IMG/VR virus record: IMGVR_UViG_3300005826_000294
Location: 237,684-301,683 of that record
Direction: 5' to 3' (one strand)
Length of the DNA: 64,000 bases
Part shown: positions 42,292 to 51,146 of the stretch, piece by piece
Layout of the letters: each line of letters opens with the position of its first letter
Position numbering within the stretch: the first letter of the stretch is position 1
Translations under genes and position numbers: made by a program
Notes under the pieces: generated by a model
Database searches by the model: none
What the model was told of the DNA's origin: nothing
Seen by the model: only the letters and a program-made list of their open reading frames with translations

Positions 42292-42991
42292 CTTTCATAT
42301 CGTGATCTGTTTCCCATTTATATATTAAACTATATCCTTCATTAATTAAAATCTTTGCTCTTTCTATTGTTTTATTATATAATTCACCAAATTTTATTTT
42401 AAGCCTTTTATTTAATTCATTTGATTTATAAAGTTTAGGGTTCCCATGCCAGAAATCTCCATAGTATTCATATATTGTATTTGTTCTTTTATTAAAACCA
42501 TCAACCAAAAATTTATTTTCTTTAATATATATTATCTTTTCTTGTTCTATATTGTTAATATTACTTAACCATTCATCTGCTTGTTTAGATTTATTAGAGT
42601 AGGCACATCTTGGACATCCATTTTTTCTCATATGGCAATTCGGGATTTGATAAAACTCACCATGATCTGGACAAATTATTATTACTTTCCTATGAGCATT
42701 AATATAATTTACTTTTGAATAATCATATTTATTATTATGGGTTTTATTTGATCTCTTTAAAAATTCTTCTTTTGATAGTTGAAACTTTTTTCTTAACTTG
42801 TATTTCATACATTTTCTACAATCTTGCCCAATTAAATGTTTTGATGGTTTTTGTTGAAACTCTCCATGTCTTGGACAAATTATTGTAATTTTTGTATTTA
42901 AATTCACATATTCTATTTTCTCATAATTATATTTATTTCCATGAACTTCTTTTGCTCTTCTTAAAAACCATTCTTTTTTATATGCCTTCAT
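42266..42991 (-). CDS. Homing-endonuclease-like protein: 2 Zn-binding repeats plus nuclease domain; overlaps the gyrB start
   Basis: Two repeat units; LVDGFNKRTNTIYEYYGDFWHGNP. Confidence 0.8.
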   Translation of the reverse strand: MKAYKKEWFLRRAKEVHGNKYNYEKIEYVNLNTKITIICPRHGEFQQKPSKHLIGQDCRKCMKYKLRKKFQLSKEEFLKRSNKTHNNKYDYSKVNYINAHRKVIIICPDHGEFYQIPNCHMRKNGCPRCAYSNKSKQADEWLSNINNIEQEKIIYIKENKFLVDGFNKRTNTIYEYYGDFWHGNPKLYKSNELNKRLKIKFGELYNKTIERAKILINEGYSLIYKWETDHDMKVGEKFNEE

Positions 42992-43392
42992 TCTTTATTT
43001 TCATATTTTGCCCATAATTCTTCTTGCTTTTTTAGTTTATTTTTTACTCTTTTTAGCATTTCATAAATATTTAATTCTTCAATATTTCCCAAAGCAAGTG
43101 TGATTACAAGAACATCAATTATTTCTTCCTGAAGTTTTTCTTTTGATGTTGCTATATCCTTAAATTTATTCATTTTATTTGGAGAACCATGATTGTATTC
43201 AATTGCTTCTGAATATTCTCCAACTTCTTCTACCAACTTTCTAAATAATCTTTCTCTATCATCATATCCATTTACTTTAAAATTAGATATAAGTTTTTCA
43301 ATATCTTTTATTAACATATCATTAGGCATAGATAATAAAGATCTAAATATACTTTGTAAATCTATATGAATATCAGACATTAATTCCTCCAA
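42988..43392 (-). CDS. MazG-like nucleotide pyrophosphohydrolase
   Basis: KLVEEVGEYSEAI...LQEEIIDVL. Confidence 0.85.
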   Translation of the reverse strand: MEELMSDIHIDLQSIFRSLLSMPNDMLIKDIEKLISNFKVNGYDDRERLFRKLVEEVGEYSEAIEYNHGSPNKMNKFKDIATSKEKLQEEIIDVLVITLALGNIEELNIYEMLKRVKNKLKKQEELWAKYENKE

Positions 43393-43574
43393 AATGGATC
43401 TGGTTTTTCTGTATTTTCATCTACATTTGGAACTGGTTCTGATATAACATATTCTTCAGAAAACCATCCCCATAAATCTATCATTTGACATCTCTCTGAA
43501 CAAAATGGATAATATCTATTATTTTCTAATATATCTCTTTCTGATTCGCATATTATACATTTTCCAAATTTCAT
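43380..43574 (-). CDS. yacG: YacG-family DNA gyrase inhibitor
   Basis: CIIC...YPFCSERCQMIDLWGWFSEEYVI matches the YacG pattern CxxC...PFCSxRCxxIDLxxW..E. Confidence 0.88.
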   Translation of the reverse strand: MKFGKCIICESERDILENNRYYPFCSERCQMIDLWGWFSEEYVISEPVPNVDENTEKPDPFWRN

Positions 43575-44053
43575 TAACTACAATCCTCCACTATTATAAT
43601 AGATCCATCTTTAACTCCTTGATCTAATATAGTATTTGTATAAACGTCATTATTACTTATACTTATTTTACATATATTTCCTTCTATTTTAGAAATTTGT
43701 TCTTGCTTTTTTTGAAAATTATCAATTTCTTCTTTTAAATATTGAATAAGTTTTCCAGCTGTAATGTTATATCCAAATCCTCTATATTTAGGTGGAACTT
43801 CATTTAAATTAAAGATTTCTAATGATTTTATATTTTTCATAGTAACATCAATATCATGTTGAATATTATCTAATATCTGCTTTTTAGAATCACTTTCTAT
43901 TCTTGTCTCATTATCATAAAATCCATTATTTTTAATATGATCTATTATATTTAGAGATTTTCTACCACATGTTGGGCATGGATCTATATTTTCAATCTTG
44001 ATTGTAAAACTTGAAGAACTACTATTACTTACAAATCCATTTCTAATCTTCAT
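43574..44053 (-). CDS. Hypothetical protein with MKIRNGFVSNSSSSSF N-terminus (downstream copy)
   Basis: Shared leader; CPTC motif. Confidence 0.8.
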   Translation of the reverse strand: MKIRNGFVSNSSSSSFTIKIENIDPCPTCGRKSLNIIDHIKNNGFYDNETRIESDSKKQILDNIQHDIDVTMKNIKSLEIFNLNEVPPKYRGFGYNITAGKLIQYLKEEIDNFQKKQEQISKIEGNICKISISNNDVYTNTILDQGVKDGSIIIVEDCS

Positions 44054-44061
44054 GTTATCAC

Positions 44062-44382
44062 CTACATATCTATAGAATATGAAAAAACTTCTTCTTTGTT
44101 TTTATTAACCATAACTTTATATTTATCCCATATTGAATAAATTTTGTCTTCTTCAATATCAATATTTAATTCACATAAAGTATAAAAATCTTCACTTGAA
44201 ACACATTCTCCAACAATTAAATCAAATCCACAAAATTTACTTTTTTGGTTCATAATAGCATTTACTACAGACTTTTCTATTTCATTAAGTTGGTCCATTA
44301 CTTTTTGATGATTTTGAATAGTAGTTGCTATAATAAAACTTGAAGAACTACTGTTGCTTACAAATCCATTTCTAATCTTCAT
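44062..44382 (-). CDS. Hypothetical protein with MKIRNGFVSNSSSSSF N-terminus (middle copy; probable start 44382)
   Basis: ATGA overlap with the upstream stop; SD GGGAGG. Confidence 0.8.
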   Translation of the reverse strand: MKIRNGFVSNSSSSSFIIATTIQNHQKVMDQLNEIEKSVVNAIMNQKSKFCGFDLIVGECVSSEDFYTLCELNIDIEEDKIYSIWDKYKVMVNKNKEEVFSYSIDM

Positions 44383-44843
44383 TTCTTTTTCTCCTCCCAT
44401 CCTTTTAGATTTTTAAATTTCTCTCTAATTTCCTGATGAATTTTATCACGATTTTGAGAAAACTTTTCTAACAAAAAATCTGCTTCTAAATTTTTAGAAA
44501 TATAAGTTAAATTACAAATAGGGCAAACTTCTTCATGTAATCTAAAACCATTATATTTCTTAATCCACCTTATTTTATCTTCAGTTTCAAGAAAATCATT
44601 AACTTGACTATCTATAAGATTTAATTTTTCAATTACTTTATTAATATCAGAAGATAATTCATTTATAGATTTATCTATCCATTTTTCACAATCCTGACAA
44701 ATCTCATGATCACGACAACAATAATATACATCTATCTCATATTGATTATCATATCCTTCATATACCTCATATACCTCATTACAAACATTACAAACAAAAC
44801 TTGAAGAACTACTATTGCTTACAAATCCATTTCTAATCTTCAT
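44379..44843 (-). CDS. Hypothetical Cys-rich protein with MKIRNGFVSNSSSSSF N-terminus (upstream copy)
   Basis: CNVC, CCRDHEICQDC, CPIC; ATGA overlap with rnhB. Confidence 0.8.
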   Translation of the reverse strand: MKIRNGFVSNSSSSSFVCNVCNEVYEVYEGYDNQYEIDVYYCCRDHEICQDCEKWIDKSINELSSDINKVIEKLNLIDSQVNDFLETEDKIRWIKKYNGFRLHEEVCPICNLTYISKNLEADFLLEKFSQNRDKIHQEIREKFKNLKGWEEKKK

Positions 44844-45571
44844 TCAATCTCCATATTAGGTAATATTGGTTTCCAAATCTTTTTTGACTCTTTCCATATA
44901 ATATAATCGGATTTCTTTTTCCCATTTACTACATTATCTTTAAAAAAATCATCTATTCCAATTTTATCTTTAATTGCTTGATATTCTTTATATCTTTCCA
45001 TACAATATTTAAAATACATAAATTGTGTACGATGAATATCGCATGGTCCATGTAAAACTATTCCCAATCTATGAGTTGGAGAATAATAACCCGCATTGTT
45101 TTCAAATCCATAATAACTATATATATCTGTTTTTGATAATTCCTCCATCATATTATCTCTATGAACTTTGGCAATAATAGAGGCTGCCCCAGTTTGCCAA
45201 AACTTTGCGTCTGCCTTTATAACAGCTTCTTGTTCTATATCTAAATCTGGAATTATGAATTTTCCATCAACAATTACCTTTTTTATTTTTATACCTCTAT
45301 TTATAAAATCTAAAACCGCTTCCTTCATCGCTAAAAAACGAGCATAAAAAACATTATAATCTAATATGTTTTTTACAGATCCAGACTTTATAGAATGAGG
45401 AAGTTTCATCAACTCAACCGATAATTTCTCTCTCGTTTTTTTAGTAAGTTTTTTACTATCTCGAATTCCAGATATAGGTGGTTTCTCATTTTCATCTACA
45501 GCAACAGCTCCAACTATCAAATCTCCTGCTATACTTGACATTCCAACTTCATCTACATAAACATTAACCAT
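44840..45571 (-). CDS. rnhB: Ribonuclease HII
   Basis: VDEVG, RDSKKL, VDGK, KADAK, AASIIAKVHRD. Confidence 0.88.
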   Translation of the reverse strand: MVNVYVDEVGMSSIAGDLIVGAVAVDENEKPPISGIRDSKKLTKKTREKLSVELMKLPHSIKSGSVKNILDYNVFYARFLAMKEAVLDFINRGIKIKKVIVDGKFIIPDLDIEQEAVIKADAKFWQTGAASIIAKVHRDNMMEELSKTDIYSYYGFENNAGYYSPTHRLGIVLHGPCDIHRTQFMYFKYCMERYKEYQAIKDKIGIDDFFKDNVVNGKKKSDYIIWKESKKIWKPILPNMEIE

Positions 45572-45642
45572 TTGTCTATCCTATTACACAAATCTATCCT
45601 ATACTATAATATATAGTTTTTTTAACCAATTTATTGTTTGAA

Positions 45643-45855
45643 TTAAACTCCGTAGGCAGGTGCTGATCTTCCTAAATTACTATATGGATCTCTTGGATCA
45701 CGTGTTCCAGAAAATAAATAATTAAAATCCAATTTTCCTTGCTCTAAAAGTTCCAAAAACTCTTCAAAATCTTTATCTATAATATCGGCCAATTGATGGT
45801 TCCCCTCTTCATCCAACTGATCTGCCAATTTAACAAGAAATTCTCTATAATTCAA
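45643..45855 (-). CDS. Small protein with KLA-D motif (TTG start, SD GAGGTG)
   Basis: LVKLADQLDEEGNHQLADIID. Confidence 0.75.
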   Translation of the reverse strand: MNYREFLVKLADQLDEEGNHQLADIIDKDFEEFLELLEQGKLDFNYLFSGTRDPRDPYSNLGRSAPAYGV

Positions 45856-45885
45856 TTTATCACCTCGCTAGAATATAAAGAAATA

Positions 45886-46341
45886 TTAATAGCGTCCATA
45901 CTTACTATAAGAAAATATAGTATTTTCAACACGTTTTCTTGTTTTCTCATGTAATTTTATATTCTTTTTATTTTCTTTATACCATTTTGCCACTCCAAAC
46001 CATCCATCATTTTTTTGAGCCATTCTTGCTCCATACCAATCACATATCATTTCAAACATAGCATCATAACTCATCTCCATAGCTATTATATTTCCATAAT
46101 CTTCATTAAGTAACCACCACTGCCAATGATGATCATTATTATTTTGATGATGAAGCCAAGCATAATTAAAATTCTTTTCATCATTTCCATAAAAATAACT
46201 TACATATGGAAACCATTCAATAGAAGAGAATTTTGATATATCATGAAAAATTCCACGAAAATATATCCCATGTTTAAAGCATTCTTTCATAACAAACCAC
46301 TTATGTTTTAGAACATATTTTAAATATTTTAAATGTCTCAT
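45886..46341 (-). CDS. HD-like protein (DUF5662-like)
   Basis: HK..V...HDISK, WLHH...NDHHWQ, EMICDW. Confidence 0.7.
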   Translation of the reverse strand: MRHLKYLKYVLKHKWFVMKECFKHGIYFRGIFHDISKFSSIEWFPYVSYFYGNDEKNFNYAWLHHQNNNDHHWQWWLLNEDYGNIIAMEMSYDAMFEMICDWYGARMAQKNDGWFGVAKWYKENKKNIKLHEKTRKRVENTIFSYSKYGRY

Positions 46342-46779
46342 TTACCTACCAGATGATCCAAATCCACCACGGCTTTTCCCAGCAAAATTCCTATTATCTT
46401 GTTCTATCCAATGAATTGTATTGTTTTTTTCAAGAATAAGTTGGCCTACGCGATCACCTTTTGAAATAGAATTTCCATAATCTCTTATATTCTCAAGCAT
46501 AATTTTCATTTCATCCTTTTCTCCACAAAAACTAAAATCAATTATTCCAACAGAATTTGCTATTCTAAACCCTTTTTTTAAAGCCATTGAAGATCTTAGA
46601 CAAAGCTTAAAATGATATCCAAATGGTGCTTCAGCAATAATTCCAAGAGGAACAAGCTTTGTTTCATATGACTCAAAAATTACATCTTCCGATGCATATA
46701 CATCATATCCGGCATCACCTTTATTCGCTTGGTTTGGTAAAGGATTATCTTTACAAATTCTATAGATTCTTACATCCAT
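46342..46779 (-). CDS. dut: dUTPase (trimeric)
   Basis: AGYDV, RSSMA, GIIDFSF, RVGQL, RGGFGSSG. Confidence 0.93.
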   Translation of the reverse strand: MDVRIYRICKDNPLPNQANKGDAGYDVYASEDVIFESYETKLVPLGIIAEAPFGYHFKLCLRSSMALKKGFRIANSVGIIDFSFCGEKDEMKIMLENIRDYGNSISKGDRVGQLILEKNNTIHWIEQDNRNFAGKSRGGFGSSGR

Positions 46780-46781
46780 TA

Positions 46782-46952
46782 TTATTTCTCCTGTTTTTTA
46801 TTTGAATAATCAAATATATCAAGTAAAGCATCCAAAGCTTTTTTTACTAATTCTTCTCCTTTTTTATCATATAAAATTTCAAATTTTATATTATTAACAT
46901 ATTCATATGCTTTTACAGATTGTTCATTTATAAACTTATAATTAGGTTTCAT
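46782..46952 (-). CDS. Small hypothetical protein (56 aa) below the ORF-track cutoff
   Basis: MKPNYKFINEQSVKAYEY...KKQEK* fills the gap between neighbours. Confidence 0.55.
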   Translation of the reverse strand: MKPNYKFINEQSVKAYEYVNNIKFEILYDKKGEELVKKALDALLDIFDYSNKKQEK

Positions 46953-47415
46953 TATTATCCTTTAAATATCTTACTAATTCATTCAAATTATAGAATCTTT
47001 TGGTAAAACAAGCAAGAAACCATCCTAAAATATTTTCATTACTTAATGAAGAAACTAAATAAGTAGGTTTACCTATTTCATATGCATGTCCAACTTCATG
47101 AAAAGTTCCAGAACTTCTTTCTCCATTCCATTTTACTATAACCATATCTGAATTATCAATAAATTTTAAATCTTGCTTAATAAATTCTCTAATAATTTTA
47201 ATATATTTGTTAATATCTGTTTTTTTAAGTTCCTTAATATCTGTTTTTTTAAGTTCCTTAATATTTAAGTTTTTTATTATATTATCTTCTTCGTCATTTG
47301 GTATAATACAAGATATATCAAGGTCTTTAAGAATTTTTTGATATTCTCTTCTCCATTTTAATCCCGCATCTCCTTTTGATTCCATTGCTCCCGCTAAATA
47401 ACAAACTTTTTTCAT
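46942..47415 (-). CDS. Nucleoside 2-deoxyribosyltransferase-like protein (probable start 47415)
   Basis: CYLAG, DLKFIDNSD, SSGTFHEVGHA; TAATG overlap with the upstream stop. Confidence 0.75.
   Translation of the reverse strand: MKKVCYLAGAMESKGDAGLKWRREYQKILKDLDISCIIPNDEEDNIIKNLNIKELKKTDIKELKKTDINKYIKIIREFIKQDLKFIDNSDMVIVKWNGERSSGTFHEVGHAYEIGKPTYLVSSLSNENILGWFLACFTKRFYNLNELVRYLKDNNET
47211..47258. repeat. Exact 24-nt tandem duplication (IKELKKTD x2)
   Basis: taatatctgtttttttaagttcct at 47211-47234 and 47235-47258. Confidence 0.95.
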
Positions 47416-47741
47416 TACACAACCTCTTTTAATTCTAGGCGAAGATATAAACCACACCTAGCGTGATCAACACAAAACTCTTCCATATATTTAAATTTTA
47501 TCTTTTGAATTACAGGTTTTCCAATTTCGCTGAATTTATCTTGAACATTCCAAATTGCTGTATGGACATTATTATATAAAGGACGATCAAACAATCTAAA
47601 ATTTGAATCTAAATAATCTTTAATTTTAACATTAATAGAACTGTTTTTTGTAAGATCAAGAATTTCATTTGATATTCCAGAACAAGAAATAAAACCATCT
47701 CTTTCTCGTCCCCAACATCCAAGAATAAGAACTATTTTCAT
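47415..47741 (-). CDS. Hypothetical protein
   Basis: 108-aa coupled ORF. Confidence 0.65.
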   Translation of the reverse strand: MKIVLILGCWGRERDGFISCSGISNEILDLTKNSSINVKIKDYLDSNFRLFDRPLYNNVHTAIWNVQDKFSEIGKPVIQKIKFKYMEEFCVDHARCGLYLRLELKEVV

Positions 47742-48229
47742 TAATCATCTTCTATAAAATTCAGTTTAAGATAAGACCTAGAAGGTTCAAATTTTACATA
47801 AGTAATTCCAGCTAAATCAAATAATTTACGAGATGCTATACATGAATTAGTATTATGATATTTATCATTTAAATATATAACTTTTTTAATTCCTGATTGA
47901 ATTATATCCTGAGCACAAAAATTACATGGAAAAAGAGTAACATATATAGTAGCTCCTTCAAGATTATCTGTTGAATTATGAATAGCATTTTTTTCACTAT
48001 GACAAACATAAAAATATTTTGTATCTAATTCATTTCCAACTTTTCCCCATGGTAAATCATCATCACTACATCCATTTGGAAATCCATTGTATCCTATACC
48101 AATTACTCTTTTTTTATTATTAATTATACATGAACCAACCTGGGTTGACGGATCCTTTGACCTTTTAGAGGCTGTAATAGCTAAAGCCATAAAACATTCA
48201 TCCCAACTTATATAATCCGCTCTCTTCAT
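47741..48229 (-). CDS. dCMP deaminase
   Basis: RSKDPSTQVG, GYNGFP, HSEKNA, PCNFC. Confidence 0.92.
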   Translation of the reverse strand: MKRADYISWDECFMALAITASKRSKDPSTQVGSCIINNKKRVIGIGYNGFPNGCSDDDLPWGKVGNELDTKYFYVCHSEKNAIHNSTDNLEGATIYVTLFPCNFCAQDIIQSGIKKVIYLNDKYHNTNSCIASRKLFDLAGITYVKFEPSRSYLKLNFIEDD

Positions 48230-48231
48230 AT

Positions 48232-48642
48232 TTACTCCAATAATCTTAATTTTTTTAAGTATTTAGGAACATTATCACAATGAATTGGAATAATACCCAT
48301 ACAAGTTAAAGTTGTTCCATCTTTTTCTTCAGGATCCAACATTGTTAAACAACTATCATAAATCAATTTATATCTCAACTCGTCGGAGTCAAGTTTTTTA
48401 ACAATATTAAGCAATTTCTCCTTACTTTTTACATAAACCACAAGTTTGGTAAATTTACCCATTAACCATTTTTCAACATTAATATGATATCTATAATATT
48501 TACTTATATTACAATCGTTTAATCTACTATCTACTACTATACCTAATGAGGCGTGAGCTACTTGTGATGAGGTTTTTCCAATTCCCATTTTTGATACTAA
48601 ATCTTTTCTAACAATAATGTATTGTAAATAACTCATGCCCAA
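48232..48642 (-). CDS. pth2: Peptidyl-tRNA hydrolase type 2
   Basis: IIVRKDL, MGIGK..QVAHA, W...K.V, D(SCL)T, T..GI.P. Confidence 0.85.
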   Translation of the reverse strand: MGMSYLQYIIVRKDLVSKMGIGKTSSQVAHASLGIVVDSRLNDCNISKYYRYHINVEKWLMGKFTKLVVYVKSKEKLLNIVKKLDSDELRYKLIYDSCLTMLDPEEKDGTTLTCMGIIPIHCDNVPKYLKKLRLLE

Positions 48643-49721
48643 TCTCCTACTATATCTTTGATTTTTTGATTTTCGTTTAAATTATACAAAATTCCATTTA
48701 ATATCCTAACAGGAGTTCTTGGACCATGAATAACAAAACCGGTATATAACTGAACCAATGAAGCTCCACATTTAATATATGTTAAAGCATCAACATCCTT
48801 TTCAATTCCCCCTACACCAATTATAGGAAGGTTTCCCCCAGTATGTTTATAAGCAGCTTGTACAGATCTAATACCATATTCTTTAAGAAAATGACCGCTT
48901 CTTCCCCCCCGTGTCCTAATACCATTAATATTTATAACATCAGGAAAAGTATTTACTAAAATAACACCAGACATTTCATATTTTAATAATAAATCTAATC
49001 GTTTTTTTAATATATCAAAATCAAATGTTGGCTTAAAATTAGGTTCAGGATAAGTTAAACTTGGCCCCATTTTCATAAAAAACGGAATATCCTTCATGCC
49101 CATACTATTAAAAAACTTTCTATTTTTTAAAATACTACATAGAATTCTTTCTTCATCGTAAAGTCCATCTTCTCTTACATTTGGACATGATAGATTTATT
49201 GTTATATAATCTACATAACTAGTTAATGCATTATATATTCTAAATAAAGTATCTTCATCTGTTCTTCCTATGTTAAATTCTAATTCTGGTGATATACTTG
49301 CTCCAATTATTCCATCAAACTTATATGATGATATATTTTTACAAATTTTTAAATATCCTGAATTAGGAAGTCCCATACAATTAAAAAGTTCTCTATTATC
49401 TAATCTCCAAACTCGTGGTTTTTGTTTTCCATTTCTTGGATGAAAAGTCATAGTTCCAACTTCAACATGACCAAAACCAAGAGAAAAAAGACTAGGAAAA
49501 ACATAACCTTCTTTATCAAATCCGGCAGCCATTCCAATTGGATTATTAAACCTAATACCAGCAACATCAATATTAAGTCTATCATCTTTAGGCACTTTTC
49601 TATTCATTAATTTAGAAATAGTTTCACTTCTAGAAGATTTTCTTAAAAACCATAAAGCCATATTATGAGCTTTTTCAGCATCCATTTTTGAAAGAAAATT
49701 TTTATATAACCATCTATACAT
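48633..49721 (-). CDS. pyrD: Dihydroorotate dehydrogenase, class-2-like scaffold
   Basis: AEKAH, GMAAGFDK, GHVEVGT, NCMG, NLSCPN, NT, GGRSG, IIGVGGI, GASLVQLYT. Confidence 0.9.
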   Translation of the reverse strand: MYRWLYKNFLSKMDAEKAHNMALWFLRKSSRSETISKLMNRKVPKDDRLNIDVAGIRFNNPIGMAAGFDKEGYVFPSLFSLGFGHVEVGTMTFHPRNGKQKPRVWRLDNRELFNCMGLPNSGYLKICKNISSYKFDGIIGASISPELEFNIGRTDEDTLFRIYNALTSYVDYITINLSCPNVREDGLYDEERILCSILKNRKFFNSMGMKDIPFFMKMGPSLTYPEPNFKPTFDFDILKKRLDLLLKYEMSGVILVNTFPDVININGIRTRGGRSGHFLKEYGIRSVQAAYKHTGGNLPIIGVGGIEKDVDALTYIKCGASLVQLYTGFVIHGPRTPVRILNGILYNLNENQKIKDIVGDWA

Positions 49722-50173
49722 TATATTTTTCCATAAAGTTTTTTTACTACTGCAGTTTTTACTAAAGATCCGTCCAATTTATTATTCTTCATAATATATC
49801 CTATTACTGTTCCAACATTATATCCTACATTCTTTATTGCATCATCTACAATTTTATCTAAATCTTTTAATTTATTTTCCTCATTTGGTAAAAATTGATT
49901 ACAATATTTAATTTCGTCTTTATATTCTTCAACAAGTTTAATAGATATATCTCCTCCACTTTTTAATTGTTTAATTGCTTTTTCTAAAGATTTTTTATGA
50001 GAATTTATAACAAATAAAACACATTCATCACTAGGAATTTTATCTCTATTTAAACCATGTAATATTTCATATTCCGTAATTTTTGATTTAATTGATCTAA
50101 TATAATTTTTTCTTGCTTCATTCTTGGCAAACATTGCTTCTTTTAATTGTTTATTTAGTTCATCAAATATCAT
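49721..50173 (-). CDS. GatB/YqeY domain protein
   Basis: LKEAMFAKN...RSIKS...EEYKDEIKY...FLP. Confidence 0.8.
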   Translation of the reverse strand: MIFDELNKQLKEAMFAKNEARKNYIRSIKSKITEYEILHGLNRDKIPSDECVLFVINSHKKSLEKAIKQLKSGGDISIKLVEEYKDEIKYCNQFLPNEENKLKDLDKIVDDAIKNVGYNVGTVIGYIMKNNKLDGSLVKTAVVKKLYGKI

Positions 50174-50174
50174 T

Positions 50175-50930
50175 TTAATTTTCCTTTATTTCTTTATAAC
50201 ATCGAAAACACATATTTTCAGGTTTTCCAAAGTCTTTAGAACGTGAATCATCTCCACACACATAGCATGGTTTTTTTGTTTTTTTAAGATTATTATTAAA
50301 TTTATTTTCTAATTCTTCTATAGAAAGTAATACTTCAGGTTCATCAGATTTTTTTGATATTTCGGATCTAGCAAACTCTCTAATATCAGGAGGACCCATA
50401 TATGATAATTCATCTATAACTCCTCGTAATAAATCAATAAGTTTAAAATCTTTACTTGACTTAAATTTCTCTTCTTCTTTTTCTCCAACTATTATATATT
50501 CTTCATCTAATATTAAAGGATAAAACACTAATTCATTTATTGGAGTAAATTCTAATGAATAACTATCATTTCCCATCCCATAAAATCTTAGACATTCATA
50601 TATTTTATCTTGTTCAATAAATGAAAACCAAGATAGTTTTAAAACCACCATTCCAATTTTATCTCTAGATTTTACTGGAGATGATAAAGCCTCTTCAACC
50701 AAGTCATCTAAAAATGGACATCCAACAATAAGAGATAAAGCATCAACATGTTTTTTTACTAATAAAAACAAATCTTTTAATGTAATCCCCCTTTCCAAAC
50801 ATATTGAATCATAAAAATGAAACATAAGTTCTTCATTAATCATTTCTTTTTCAATGAAATCGTTATAATCTTTATCCCATTCTTTAATAAATAATCTTCC
50901 GCCTTTTTTAAGCTGTAAGTCTTTTGACAA
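50175..50930 (-). CDS. Hypothetical protein with C-terminal Zn ribbon
   Basis: 251 aa; CYVC...CFRC. Confidence 0.7.
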   Translation of the reverse strand: MSKDLQLKKGGRLFIKEWDKDYNDFIEKEMINEELMFHFYDSICLERGITLKDLFLLVKKHVDALSLIVGCPFLDDLVEEALSSPVKSRDKIGMVVLKLSWFSFIEQDKIYECLRFYGMGNDSYSLEFTPINELVFYPLILDEEYIIVGEKEEEKFKSSKDFKLIDLLRGVIDELSYMGPPDIREFARSEISKKSDEPEVLLSIEELENKFNNNLKKTKKPCYVCGDDSRSKDFGKPENMCFRCYKEIKEN

Positions 50931-51146
50931 TTTATACTCCTTTAATCTACTATTAATAAAATATACTAATTTATTTTGTTTTTCTATATGAAAATTAGGA
51001 ATATTTTTAAAAATCTTTTAATTTCAATGAGTTTTGTATATTTATTTACAATATTATTTTAAATAATCTATTTTTTTATAACTATAAAAGTTCTATTAAT
51101 ACAATGATATAATAAAGATAGTTTAAAAATACGGGAGAAATGCATA

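Larger units (their letters stand above)
44006..44843 (-). repeat. Three dispersed 48-nt repeats (44006-44053, 44335-44382, 44796-44843)
   Basis: ATGAAGATTAGAAATGGATTTGTAAG[T/C]AA[T/C]AGTAGTTCTTCAAGTTTT; only two variable positions, both silent. Confidence 0.95.
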
